Notes: generated by a model from the letters alone, not told the origin. Counted from the stretch's first letter, positions 11,714-25,519 are shown. The stretch: DNA of 64,000 nt from Selaginella moellendorffii (GCF_000143415.4 NW_003314306.1:590897-654896), one strand, 5' to 3'. A program made the numbers and translations.

Positions 11714-13668
11714 ATGAGCGCCACGACTCGCGAGCAGAGGGCGCTCGAAGCCAAGGTCTCGGATGTCTTCCGGAGCTTCGCCAGTGCCGGCTATCGCAAT
11801 CGCGCCTTCCTGTAAGCCTCGAAATCCTCTGGACAATCTTCTCTTTCTCGATTCCTGTCAATGCACTTCGTGGCTCTAGGTCGGAGCTATGGCGGGAGGA
11901 GCATCTGGATTATCTCCTCAAAGGCATGACTCGCCTGCCGGCTTCCTTCACGGTTCTGGATTCCAGGTTCGTGACAATGTGTGAGAAACATCGGCTTTGC
12001 TCACTCCACTCTTCTAGTCGGCCATGGCTGTGCTACTGGATTGTCCATTCTATGGCATTGCTCGGCAGGCAGCTCGATCCAGCGCTCCAAGCAGACACGA
12101 TCGAATTTCTCAAACACTGCAAGGTTCTTATCAAACTCTTTTGTTTCTCATATCGACTTTAAAACACGATCTAGGATCCTTTGGGAGGCTATGGAGGTGG
12201 ACCTGGACAAGTAAGGTTTTCTTTCTACGAAGGTTTCCTTTTTTCATTTTTTTTTCCTTACGATAGATTGCACATTTGGCAACGACTTATGCTGCTGTTG
12301 GTACGCTTGTTTCTATAGGAGGTGCTCAAGCTCTCTCGTCTATCGATAGGTAATAGTGATATGTGACTCCGGTTTGAATTCAAAAGAGACATGCTCGGCA
12401 GTTTTTGGCAGGGAAAAGATCCTGGAGTTTTTGTTGCGGATGAAGGATCCATCATCCGGAGGCTTCAGGTAAGCGCTAACACTATCAGATTAGTGAGTGA
12501 GTGATAATTTGGCTTCGGGCGTGTTTCTAGACTTCATGACGGTGGAGAAATGGATGTCCGTGGGTGTTACACTGCTATTTCGGTATGCTGTGAATGCTGA
12601 ACTATTTGAATCTAACAGTTTCAGCAGGTCGCATACCTGTTGAATATTCTCGTTCCTCCGCTTCTGGAAAAACTCGGCGAATATGTTGCGAGGTTTTGTA
12701 CTTGTTTGTGTCTTTTCATATAATGACGATTCTAGCAGTTGCCAAACTTACGAAGGTGGAATTGGCGGGGAACCTGGTGCCGAGGCACATGGAGGGTGTG
12801 GCTTGATATTTGTGTTTTAAGTCTGTGCTAATGCTCCCTTCGTTTCAGATATACGTACTGTGGTCTAGCTGCTCTTATTATGGCTGATCAAGTGGATTCA
12901 CTAGACTTGCCTGGTTTATTGGTAAGCATTAGATTATGCTTGGACGCAACTGACATTTTCTACTTTTCTAGAACTGGGCTGCGTTTCGTCAAGGAAAGGT
13001 TGAAGGAGGCTTCCAGGGCCGCACAAATAAATTAGTCGATGGATGCTATTCGTTTTGGCAGGTGCGGGCTTTCTTTCATTCGTTTTCTAATGAATTATTG
13101 TTCCTCCTTACTTTTGTTGTATGCACAGGGCGGTGTATTTCCATTGCTGCAGCAGGTCGTAACGAAACTTATCTCGCAACAAACTTCCGGATCTTCTATC
13201 ATGCATGAAGAAATTGAAGACGATTCCGACACAGAGATCGGTGGTATCATGCCCGCGGACATTGAAACCTTTACGGCCGAGAAGCTTTTTCCAGTGAGGA
13301 AAGCCAGAAATCAGCAACACAGGCCTTTCCACAATCCCACTGCTCTTCAAGGATATATACTTCTATGCTGCCAGGTATTTTGTTTATCATTCGATTGACC
13401 GTTTTTACTCCCTTGTCTTACTGCTTAGGTGCTCAATGGCGGTCTGATAGACAAGCCAGGGAAATCTAAAGACTATTATCATACATGCTACTGCTTAAGC
13501 GGGCTCTCTACCGCTCAGCATTGTCTCTCGACGAATCCAGAGGATCATCCTCCGTCAGGTCATGTTTTTGGACCTTACAGCAATCTTCTGGATTCGACAC
13601 ACCCGCTCTTGAATTTCCACATGAAGCGCTACATGGAGGCAGTGGATTACTTCGTCTCTAAAGCTTAA
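11714..13668 (+). CDS. ERA1: Protein farnesyltransferase beta subunit (multi-exon)
   Basis: ATG 11714 (MSATTREQRALEAKV); exons encode SRPWLCYWIVHSMALL, GGYGGGPGQ, HLATTYAAV, HDGGEMDVRGCYTA, CQTYEGGIGGEPGAEAHGG, GGFQGRTNKLVDGCYSFWQ, GGLIDKPGKSKDYYHTCYCLSGLS; GT-AG introns. Confidence 0.95.
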
Positions 13669-15365
13669 ACAAGCTACTGCTGGCCTACCGACACTGGTAC
13701 TCTCTTCTAGTGTTGGTACTTTTAAGCTTTTAAAATCTAGGCACCAGCAGTACTACCAACAGATAGACTCACGTCCTTGTCCAGACAGCTAAAGGTTTCG
13801 TGGCCTTAATGGCACAGGGAGCCTATGGAAACAATCGATGGAGGTTAAACAAAGGCGAAATGCTATCAGGTAGACTGCTTTCTTTTGATAATCTTTGAGC
13901 TTTTCTAAGTGTGATCGCGATGTTCAAGACAGGTGTCTGTGTCTGGTCACAACATTAAAAGCTCTGGTAAGCATTGTCGTTCATTTCTGTGCTGCATATA
14001 TATTCAGTATAGAAAGCAGTGTAGTTGATGAATCGGGCATTTTCATGCTGTTGTGATCAATAGTTTCTTCACGATTGCGCAACATCTTCTGTAAAAAGGA
14101 CTGGTGAATCCCTTCTGAATCCCGAGTCCCTCTTGAGGTCCAGAGGACAATGTGTGAATAATAAGTCTGGTTTCCTTTTTCTCTAGGCGTGTCGGTTTGA
14201 TTTCTAGCTGTCATCTGAGACATTAAACCCCGAAAACAAAAGACATTTCGTCAAAGTGCATAGGTAGGTAGGCAGTGTAACTTTCTCTACGTGAGATCTT
14301 GGTGGTTGGTATCCAGAATTCTCGCAGAGGTAAATCTCAAGCGAACCACTACAATTCTTCTAAATGAAAACTGACAGATGTTTCGGTGCTGCAGGTGATG
14401 GGTCTTCTCTCGCATGAACAGCACTGTTCATAAAAATTTCTCCGTCTTTCTTGCAAGAGAGCTATCGTAATCGATACGAACTTCTCGTTTCCGGTAGAGG
14501 CAAGTCTTTCTCGAAGCTCAAAGTGCCTTATTTTTCCATTGTGTGCAGCGTCACCAGCCGAAATGTATGCACCATAATGGCAGTCGCGTTGTCCTGAAAG
14601 CACAATCCACCCACTTCGGCATAATCAACAGACCCATTGCTTTCCGGGGGATTACTAGATCGTTCACGAGAATGGTCGAGCGGAAGGTACCGTCTTTCAA
14701 TTACGCCTTAAGTGGTTCTCGGGAAACTTTTCTTGCAGTGTTCTATAAGTCTACCGACCACTGAGAAAAACAAGAATCTGTCCTGGGGGGATATCATGAA
14801 TCAAGTTGCAAAAGATATGTTCTAACCATAGCTACAGCAGTTCTTTCTTTTATGTGTCCAACAAAGGTATGAGCGAGTAGAAAGCATGCATGCAACGAAC
14901 TTGCATGGCCCTTCTGGCCGGAAGCGCTTCTTTCTTTTCAACAGCTAGGCTGCACAGGATTGTTGGGTGCACACTGGAATTTTAAAGAGGTCCGAATGAG
15001 ATGAAGCAACGGCTCAAAGCGGAATATGCTACTGTAAGGCAACAGAATATGCACCTCTCTGACAGAATATGTTTTGGCCTCGCTGAAACAGAGCTGCGAG
15101 ACGGGAATCTATTCACTCTTTTTACCAGCTGAGTGCATACAGTATTGCTGCTGCCTCATCCCTGGCTGTTCTTAAACCCGCTCGAAATCGCCCTGTGAGT
15201 TTGTATAGGCTGTAGTGTAGTCCTTTCTGTGTATAGTCCTCTCTTCCTCTTTGTTTGTATAGTGTACAGGCGATTTCGATCCAAGGAACTTCCGGCTCGT
15301 CTGCGGAGGTTCGTCTTAAAGTCATTCTGTGGTTCCATGGCCACTTAGTTTTGCAGAGAGGAGAA

Positions 15366-16627
15366 ATGGCCTTCCTGGCAACAGCAGCAGCAGCAGCAGC
15401 AGTGATCACATTCTTCTTTGCCATTGTCAATGTGGATGCTCACCAGAAGATGTCATCGCACGGGATCATTGGTAAGCAGCAAAGATTTGTGGTCCCAGAT
15501 TTGAAACACATTCTACATTTTCAGGAAATGCTATGGACGAATCGTCCGGAACGGTAGTGGTGAGTTTCTCGGCGATCATGTCGCAAGAGCTTGTTAGTGA
15601 CGACTGCTTTTTCAGTGGAAGGTCGAGAAACAGGGACTTTACGACTATTTCAAATGCGCGAGCAGCACCAGTAGGAGCAGCAACGCAGGGCATTGCAAGA
15701 AACACAGGATCATCCAACGACTTCTTGCCGAATCTCCAAAGTCGAGTCCAAAGCCTGGATCGGGAACCAAGGCAACATCACCTTCTTCAACGCCAGCATT
15801 GGCCACTGCTCCATCCACGAGAGCATCTGCGCCCTCCACTGGCACTGTACCAACGGCTCCGGTTGCGTCTCCAGTTGTGGCCGCCGTGCCTCCAGTTGTG
15901 ACGGCTCCAGTGTCGTCTCCACCTGTGGCAACTCCTCCAGTTGCGACACCACCCGTGGTTATTACGGCTCCACCAGTGGCTACTCCAGTTGTGGCTCCTC
16001 CTGTCACTACTCCGGTTGTGGCTCCACCCGTGGCGACACCGGTAACGTCACCACCTTTGGCAACTCCAGTGGCGTCTCCACCTTTGGCAACTCCAGTCAC
16101 TGCTCCGGTTGTCTCTCCACCTTTGGCTACTCCAGTTACTGCGCCCGTGATAGCTCCTCCAGTCGCGACTCCAGTGTCAACCCCACCAGTGGCTGCTCCA
16201 GTTGTTACGCCCGTGGCTGCGCCCGTGGTGACTCCAGCGATGGCTCCAGTTGCGGTTCCAGTGACAGCTCCAGTCGTGTCCCCGGTTGTTGCTCCCGTGG
16301 CGGCTCCAGTTATACCTCCTGCGCCAGCCTCGTCTCCAGTTGTGGCTCCAGCTCCTTCTCCGAAGAAGCACAAGAGATCCCCGGCGCCAGCTCCAGTTCC
16401 AGTCCATGGACCGCCGGCGCCTCCTCTTTCATCACCGACATCTCCAGCTACCTCAGTGGAAGGCCCTGACTTTGCACCGATCACTACTCCTGTAAGTTCT
16501 TGTTCTTCGTTTTCTTTTTGTACATCCTGACTTTGTCCGCGTTCTCTTTCAGAGTGGAGCTTTAAGATCGATGCCCGGATCGCTACTTCTCATGGCGTTT
16601 TCTCTGGTGCTGGTGGTATTTGTGTGA
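15366..16627 (+). CDS. Lys-rich GPI-anchored arabinogalactan protein (4 exons)
   Basis: Signal peptide MAFLATAAAAAAVITFFFAIVNVDA; introns ~15472-15524, 15560-15615, 16492-16552; long Pro/Ala/Thr/Val repeats (PPVATPV); basic KKHKR patch; hydrophobic end SGALRSMPGSLLLMAFSLVLVVFV*. Confidence 0.85.
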
Positions 16628-19600
16628 TTTGTTTTTGGGCAGTTTTGGCAATTTTTTTCTTTCTTTTTTATTTTTAAATTTCTTACCAGGGCGTTCTTGC
16701 ATGATAAAATATTGAAGTAAAATAATCGTTACCAAACCAAATATAGATCGAGGTTTCAATAGTTGTTGTAAAAGGTGTTAAGTTCAGATTTTATGGGGTG
16801 CTTACTAAAATCATAACAAGCAGCAACTAGCTTAGAACCGTGTAGTCTGTCATGATTGTTTGATTGAAACTCAGCTGTCCATCTATATTTTGGATGTAAG
16901 CATCCACGCTAATGCTGGATGGAATTGGTTTGTTATGTTGTTTCACTCTGCAGACAATACACCATTTGAATACAATATACCTCTGGAGCTTTCGGAATCG
17001 CCATGACCTCCAGTAGACGAGCGCTGCAAGCCAGAAAACTCCAGCAACTCCACAAGAGTCTGAAAAATCACCATAGCCCTCCATTTTAATGAGTTAGCAG
17101 TGGAGTTTGCAAATAATTGTGATTTGCTAACCATGCTGCTAGCCAAAGGGAAAAGAAAGATAAAATATAGTTCTTGTTATTTTGGCATCTTAATGATGAG
17201 ATCCACACAATAGATTTCTACAAGATAAAAAATCTGACCACAAATGTGGTTTTGCTAACTAACATGTCCAAACCTGAAAGATATACATCAAAATCCTATG
17301 TAGAGTGGTTGCACCTTCCATAAGATATAAAACTCCTAATGTAATTAGGTACTATTCAACAAACTTTTCCAAAGTATAGTAAAATTTACACTAAACTACC
17401 ATAGAATACAACTTTAGGAAAACTAATGCATCAAGTGGCTTCACCCTTTATCTTGTTTTATATGTAGTTGAGTTGACAAGTTAGAATCAAGAGTTGTTTC
17501 ATCCAACCTAAATGGTCCTTGCTATTTTTATATTGCAAAATTTATAACTTTAATTTACCGTCATTAGAATATTGATTATTTTTCTTGTCTTTCTACTTGT
17601 TCTTCAGTTGTGAATAATCCACTTTGTAGCATTTAAGCTCGCTGATAACATTATTTATAATTCTTCATAAAGAGTTTTAACTTCTTTGACCCCTTGCATC
17701 CAAAATAATTACCAGGTTATGATGTTTGTTATTATCTTTGTGTTCTTGATGGTTATCAAACAATCTTGATTGAAAGACTCCTCAAATGCTTGCAAGACAT
17801 ATATTTATCATTATCAAGTTGACAATCTATATCAAAGAGTTCCTTTAAACTTTTTGTAGGATGAGAATAATAGAAGTGTTACCTAATGCTCTCACTTTTA
17901 ATGAAGTAATAGTTGTTCTAGTTCCTTGATTAGACTATGGCTAATTAAAAAAGTAAATTTCTCAATTTAGTCCCTTGCCATTATTCTCCATATCATAGTA
18001 AGGGGCAAAACATAGAGTAAATGCAACCTTAAACTTTTCCATGGTAGAGACTATTAGTGTTTAAAGGCATGAGTGCTTAACAAGAATTTACATGCTTCTT
18101 GCTATTTCTATTCCTATTTTTGCTAAAATTCCAAATAGTTGGCATTTCTTAGCATTTCTTAATTGCATATTACAGCATATAAAATATCACATATTTATTA
18201 CATGTTTGTGGAGCTTTTGATAATTCCTATCTTATAAATTGTGGTTAGCATCAGAGACTCTCCATAATTAAATTAAAAAAAACAGTTAGAAATTTTTATA
18301 TGTTTATTGTATTAGAGTTAGGATTAGTTTCTTTCTCAGGGCTAACATATTAGTGTTTTTAAAATCTCACTACCCTATGTTTTAAGTAGAAACTTATAAT
18401 TAAGTAATATTATTTTAAGATCTAAATTATAGATAGTAATATTTATTATTAGTAATTATTCTCTTACTTTTAGCTAGGTCTGGGCTAAAATTTTAATTCT
18501 CTTAAATTATACATATTCTAATTAAAAACATATAACTAATTATGTGTTTTTAATTTAGGATATTAATAAATTTAGATTTAAAATTTAGAATTAAATTTAG
18601 ATTTAGATTTATATTTAAATTAAGGTTTTAAGAACACTTATATCATATTAATCTGACTTGAAAAATACTGATGAAAAATATATGAGAATAATAATTAATA
18701 ATACAAATATTTCCAAAACTATGTTCTATATTATAAGAGTTATTTTTAGAATTTCTTCATTTACTTTTGTCTTTGCCTGACTAGTAATAAATTAATGTTC
18801 TAAATTTATTAGTATTCCCAAGTAAAAAATAGGTTAATAGATTAATAGGTTAGGGTATTATTATGGATTTTTCAACAACAGCATGGCAGAGAAAGGGTGA
18901 GGGAGACCAGGTTTAGAAACTTTAATATTTGTATTATACTTTGGTCTTTGCAAGACTTGGTGAATAGAGCTGTGCTAGAAAGTGGTAAAGCAAGACATGA
19001 GAAACTCATGTATTGGAGACAGAAAAATGTTTAACTTATGGTTGGATTATAATCAGGGTTAGCTCAAAGCTTATGTTAAGCTTTGTTCTTTAAATATAGT
19101 AGGGTTTACATCCATGACATGGATTAGAAAAAGACTGGCTATGTTGACTGATCCCCAAGGCAATGTCTTCATCCATGCAACTACATATATCCTTAGAATA
19201 AGTGCTCATGGGCTTGGGGACTAGAACTATGGGAATTTATTTGTCATGTTCTAGGGTGGTGGGGGATAAACATGATAATTGCATCCTTGGCAAAGCACCT
19301 AAAATCTTTGCAATCTAGCTAGTATGAGATTGGAAACAACCAACCATTACATAAGGCCCCCAAAATGATTAGCCTCTAGATGATTATGATAGTGAAATAG
19401 AACATGATTAATCAATATATCCACCTGTGGTAAATATATATGGCTATTGTAGTAAAAAATCCCATCTACAAATGAAAAGAGTTTACAAAAAGGCCACTTT
19501 AGCATCTTGAGCTTAAAGAACACTTAATTAAATTCATTAAGAATTTTTACTCATATAATGACAAAACTATGTTTGTAACTATGTCACATGATGAACATGA

Positions 19601-20689
19601 AATAAAGCATCTGCCCTTATATTCAATTTCCTTAGATGATTCTCAATAATATCTATGAGTTTGACCATCCAATGAACTTATATAGTGTTCAATTCATTCT
19701 GTGCGTAAATAGATATATAAGAGGTTTGTGCTCCATCAATACCATAAATACCACATTATAAAGATAGTGTTTCACAATAACTTCTACACATATTTGAAAT
19801 ATTGTTACTTCACAAGATTCAAAGTCCTTTCATTAAAACTCCCTTAATATATAACATTACACCACAAATCACTTTATAAGGTTTTGATACATTACTAATA
19901 TGAAGCACTAAACCTCATTCATTCAACAATTATTTAACACCTTAAACCTCTTTTTAATGGTATATTCAAGTGAATGTAACAACCCTGTCAAATGAATGGC
20001 CACTTCCTTAAACTTATGTTGAAAATAGTAGTAATAGCTAAAGATATTATATAACTTAGCCATTGAAGTCAGTGTAAGGGAATTCTCCACCATAATCAAC
20101 TTCCTTGGATATATGTTAACATTCATAAATATCACAACATACTTTACCTCTAACTTTATAATTTTCATTTGCTCTTTTTGTATTAAGTTTTTTGTTATAT
20201 AATAAAGGAGAAACTTGTGTGAATGCACTTTATAATCCATATTCTTGTTAAAACTAAGAATATTGTCTAAGAATGTTTTTATAAATTTGTGTAGATAATA
20301 CCTAAACACCTTTGTTATCAACCAAGTAATGTAATTAATATTTGTCAATCTAAACAACATAAATGTAAACTCAAAATGACTGAAGCTCATGTTGAATATC
20401 ATATTAGAAATAAACACATTATCTATCACAATCTAATAATATTCACTCCTCATATCAATATTAAATTTTGGGTTATTTAAGATATCATTGATATACAGTG
20501 TTTTCTTGTTCAAGGCATGATGGTCAATAAATATATGTAGCTTTCTATTAAGAAACATTAGTGTGCCAAATAAAACTTACTTGGCTAAATAAATCTAAAT
20601 TTATTTAACTTGACTTATTATTAAGTTTTTTACTCCTTTGCATAGCTTAGCTAAAATTAATATTAGTAAATTAGTTTTGTTTATGGCTC

Positions 20690-20863
20690 TGTGAGTGCAT
20701 GGAATATGGAAAGGGAATACAGAAATATGCATATTAATTAGCCCAAAAACCCTAGCTTATATACAGGAGCGAGTGGTCCGGATTGAAACCAATTCGACGG
20801 CTACCAAAATCCACTACGCTAATATTAGTATACGGCATCGTAGCCGTACACTTGGCCCTCACA
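20690..20863 (-). repeat. 3' LTR (174 bp)
   Basis: Direct repeat of 25520-25693 with 5 differences; adjacent polypurine tract GAGAGGAGGGGATGA on the minus strand (20864-20878). Confidence 0.97.
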
Positions 20864-20895
20864 TCATCCCCTCCTCTCGGAATAATGGAAGGCCG

Positions 20896-23800
20896 TCAGG
20901 GTTCTCTTGTAGATGGGCCGGGATCTGGAGGAACGTCAGGAGGAGGCATCGGCGGGTCTGTAGACGGTATTAACTGCTCCTGATCCCTTTGTATGAAGCG
21001 TTTTAACCGCTGCACATGCACAATCTCCGGAGGATCAGCCTGCTGAACGTCATGCCGAACCTTATAAACTTGCGGTCCAACTTGCCGCAACACCCGATAC
21101 GGTCCTTTCCACTGCGCAAGGAGCCCCTTAGATAAACCACGTACCGTAAGATGGGGAAAACGGACTAACACCAAATCATCCACTTTGTACTCCGCAGGTG
21201 GACGATGATAGGAGTTGTAGCGCCGCTGTTGTCCCACTTGTACATGGCCTAAGTGTTCGGCAGACTCTGCTCGGACAAGTGGAAGAATGCTTGTCAAATA
21301 CCGATCCCATGACCTAGCATCAGGAGCTTGTGGCAATCGCGAAGGTAAACCCAACTCTATTGGTAATATTGGATCATGACCATATAGAAGTTTATATGGT
21401 GAAGCACCAATAGAACTCTGCACCCCTGTGACATAGGCATACCGAAGAGACGGCAAATAACCATCCCAATCCGAATGCTGAAAGTTCACATACTTCGAAA
21501 TCATCCCTTTGAATGTCCGAACGAGCCGTTCCACCAGACCGTCTGATTGTGGATGATAAGCACTCGTAAAAGTGTGGCGTATCCCTAACCGAGATGTCAA
21601 AACATGAAATACCTCAGCCATAAATGCAGGACCATTATCCGAAAGAATCCGCTTTGGACAAGAATGCTGGAACACCACTCGATTGAGGAGGAAGTATCCA
21701 ACAGCAGTTGCAGAGGCACTAGCAAGAGCACCAACTTCCACCCAACGAGTCAAGTAGTCAGAAGCAATAATAACATACTCATTGCCAGCAGTCGATCGTG
21801 GAAAAGGTCCCATAAGATCAAACGCCACCAACTCAAACGGACGGGAAACTGCAATTGACTCCAACCGTCCTTCCGCAACACAAGGGGGAGTATTACGAGC
21901 TTGGCACCAAACGCAGCTACGCACATACCGGATAATATCACGTCGCATCTCCGGCCAATAGAAAGACTTGCGCAGCTTCTCGGTGACACGACGGTGTCCC
22001 ATATGCCCACCTAGAACAGGAGAATCATGGTAGGCATGGAGAAACCGCGGAATAAACACCAAAGGTACCACCAGTCGTAAATGATCATCAGGATCCGTCC
22101 CCACAAAATAAAGAAGGCCATCTTCAAGGCGATATTGAGAATGTAAATGCCGGAAAGGCAAGTCATCAACAAGTGATGCAGGATTCTCAAACCCATCTCG
22201 AAGCCTTCGAATCCACGACTCAATCTTTTGAGCCTCGCAAACCTCCTCAAGAGAAGGCAGATCTTGCTCTGCACCCTGTGGATACTGAACGTCAAGGATA
22301 GCAACCGCCGACGGCACAGAATCCCCATCTAGAAAATCCACAGATGCTGGAACAACAGGTTCATCAGAATGATGAGAAGTGAGTGGAGAAGGAAGAGGAG
22401 CTCGAGAAAGGGCATCAGGATCAGCCATAGAACTCCCTGGGCGATGAACAACATCGAAATCATATATCTGAAGCTTCAAAGCCCATCGAGCCGTATGACC
22501 AACCAAGTTCTTCCGCTTCAATAATGAAGTAACAACAGCATGGTCACCTTCAAGTAATGTCCGAGAACCATGTAGATATGCATGAAGTTTCTCGAAACCC
22601 CAGACTGCTGCTAAACACTCCTTCTCCGTCGTGGAGTAGTTCATCTCCGCTGGTTGTAATGTACGGCTTATGTATGCAATGGGATGGCGCTGACCAGGCA
22701 CACTCGAGCTCTCTTGCATCAACACACCTCCAAGACCAATGTCAGAAGCATCCACGCGCAAAATAAAAGGTCGAGTGTAGTCAGGATATGCCAAATTGGA
22801 GGAGTTGTCAATAGCTCTTTGAGATCCACGAACGCCCGCTCACAATCCGAAGACCAGATGAAAGATGACGTTGATGACTTCAGCAACGCTCGCAATGGTG
22901 TAGTGCGATCGGAAAGATGATCCACAAAACGACCAAGATACTGCACCTTACCCAAAAAGCGCTGCACATCATTCACACACTTCGGAGTAGGGAACTTTAG
23001 AATAGCCACAAGTTTGTCAGGGTCAACTTGCAAACCCTCACGAGAAATACGGTACCCAAGATAAGTTGTGTCCTTGGACCCAAACACGCACTTTGACCGC
23101 TTCAACTTTAAACCAACGTCGCGTAGCCGATCCAACACTTTACAAACATCACGAACGTGCTCCCCCCACGTCCCCTCCGAGTGGATCAAGACATCATCAA
23201 TGAAGTCAGCAGTCACCTCCGGCATATCGCAAAGAACCTCGTCCATCATCCGCTGGAAAGTTGCTAGAGCATTGTTCAAACCAAACGGCATCACCAAGAA
23301 CTCGTACAAACCAAATGGTGTACGAAAAGCAGTCTTAGAAATATCTTCTTCGGCCATCGGTACTTGCCAATACCCAGAAGCAAGATCTAGCTTGGTGAAC
23401 CAACGACTTCGCCCCAGACGATCCAAGAGATCAGCAGTGTGAGGAAGAGGATACACATCTGGGATTGTCACTTCATTTAACGGACGATAGTCAATGCAGA
23501 AACGAATACTCCCATCAGGCTTCGTCACAAGATGAGGTTCACATGCCCAAGGACTCCGCGACTTCCGAATAACACCCTTTTCCAGCATTTCCTTGACGTT
23601 TGCTCGTAAAATTTTGATCTCCTTAGGTGACCGACGACGAACAGGAACCTTGATTGGACGAGCATCCCCGGTGGGAATTGGATGACGTGTGGCAATCTTG
23701 GCCCCAGACGATAGATCAAATTCAAAGAGATCAAAATACTCCTTCATGAGCTGGTCAACTGCTGCAACACAAAGATCGTCGGAGGGATCGGAAAAGGGAA

Positions 23801-24383
23801 AAGCAGAACAAGATGGAAACACAGAAGGAAAGAGTGGGGAAACAAAAGTAATGGAAGCAGAGGTAGAAGTAGAGGGACGAAGAAGTATGGACGTGAGAGG
23901 AATAGATGAAACATAAGGAAGTATGAGACAAGGGGGAGAAGCCTCAAAGTCACACTTGGCATGATTGCGCTGCAACCAATCCATACCAAGAATGAGGTCA
24001 AAAGTTTGACTCGGCACCACCCGCAACGACTGCAATTCAAGCTCGAGATCGCCCACACGCACAACCAGGTCCACCTCATCCCGTGCACATGCATGTGAAC
24101 GGCCGTTGCCATAAAGAATGAAAACTGGTTCTGCCGCATGACGCAAGTGTAGACGACAACGTGTGGCAACAGGTCGAGCAATAGAAGATAAACTCGAACC
24201 TGTATCAACCAACACGGAGAGAACAATAGGAGACTTCTTGTTATAAAAATGAGCTTGGAAAGTAAACACTGGATGAACTGGTGCCGAGTGAACCCCTTGA
24301 TGATACTCCCAAAAGAAAGATGGAGGGGTCATTGATTTATTCGCGCAAAGTCCCTCCGTTACTCGCGCGACTCCTCGTTTCCC
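20896..24383 (-). CDS. pol: Pol polyprotein (protease, RT, RNase H, integrase) with one frameshift near 22790
   Basis: LVDTGSS protease; LDLASGYWQV, MPFGL, FIDDVLI RT; VDASDIGLGGVL, EKECLAAVW RNase H; HHCC zinc finger, D-D-E core and WKGPYRV integrase. TTPPI|LAYPDY is split between ORFs 22719-24494 and 20896-22794. Confidence 0.95.
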
Positions 24384-25291
24384 GAATGCATCTCGGTGTC
24401 TAAACCTTCCACTGCAGCAGCACCCAGGGGACGTTGCTGACGCCAAGGTCTCCACCCAGGAAATGGAGGTCGCCAATCCGGAAAACGATAGCAACGCCGA
24501 TAAGTATGACCAACTTCATCACACGCCCAGCAGCGAATATCACGGCCACGACCACGTCCTCGCGCTTGTCCTTGGACTCGAGCAGCAGCAGCATCAACCT
24601 CCATTGGAACAGGACCATCACCCATAGGAAGTGGAGCAGAAGGACATGTAGCGAGAAGTGGAAGAGGCGATGTCTCATAACGTTGTGCCAAGCGAAGAGC
24701 ATCGTCAAGGGTGGCAGGAGCAAGTGCATGCACAAGTCCGACAAGATCTTGACGAAGTGCTGGCCACAACATTCCTAGCTTGATCCGCTCCGACATATCT
24801 AGCTCCGCACAAAGCAAAAGACTTCAGAAACGAACGCCAAATTGCATCACCAACTCCGATGGCCCTTGGTGAAGATGATGCAATTGTTGGAAAGCATCAT
24901 CGCAATCATCGGCATATCCGAAGGCGCGTTTGAAGACGTCTGGGAGAACACTCCAATCCCCACGAGTAGCTGCGCTCAAACCATTGTACCACTGCAACGC
25001 CGTCCCTTGGAGACACGTGGGAAACTCACGCAACCGTCGAGCATCATCCCAAGAATGATATGTGGCAATCACCGTAAAGTGATCGAACCAATAGTACACA
25101 TCATCCCCAGGATTCCCGCGAAAGAACTCCGGCCGAACGCGAGGATTGGCACCAAGAGCAGGAGGAGTTGTACCACGTGCCGTGAACGCCGCCATCAACT
25201 GAGTTTGGTTGTTCAATTGCAAGCGCATAGCATCAAGCAATTGAACCAACTGCTGCTCTAGAGTCAAAGGAGGAGATTGCGGATCGGCCAT
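24359..25291 (-). CDS. gag: Gag with one in-frame TGA at 24824-24826
   Basis: MADPQSPP start; retrotransposon gag motifs (CLQGTALQWY, LHQGPSE), PVPMEVD linker, CWACDEVGHTYRRC zinc knuckle; ORFs 24824-25366 and 24359-24817 share one frame. Confidence 0.9.
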
Positions 25292-25519
25292 GAAGATGAA
25301 CAAAAAAAAAAGAGCAAAAGAAGAGAAATAACAAAAAAGCTGGAAAGAAATGGTAGATCTAGACAATGCAAAAAGCTAGATCGAAACCAAAATCCTGAAA
25401 GGAAAGAACAAAAGAAAGGAAATGGAAAAAACTAGATCTAGACGATGCAAAAACTAGACCGAAATCCCAAATCCAAGCACTCCCCAGGGACAATCAAAGG
25501 TGCCCCTCACCTCCACTAA

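Noticed and set aside
13900-15300. Short ORFs and scattered splice-like signals between ERA1 and the AGP
   Set aside because: No coherent reading frame or homology could be assembled by eye.
15645-16484. Gly/Ala/Thr-rich minus-strand ORF and Ser/Cys-rich alternative frame
   Set aside because: Mirror readings of the repetitive AGP exon.
16800-19300. Possible LTR or additional transposon remnants left of the second decayed gypsy
   Set aside because: Too degenerate to define termini or domains without alignment tools.
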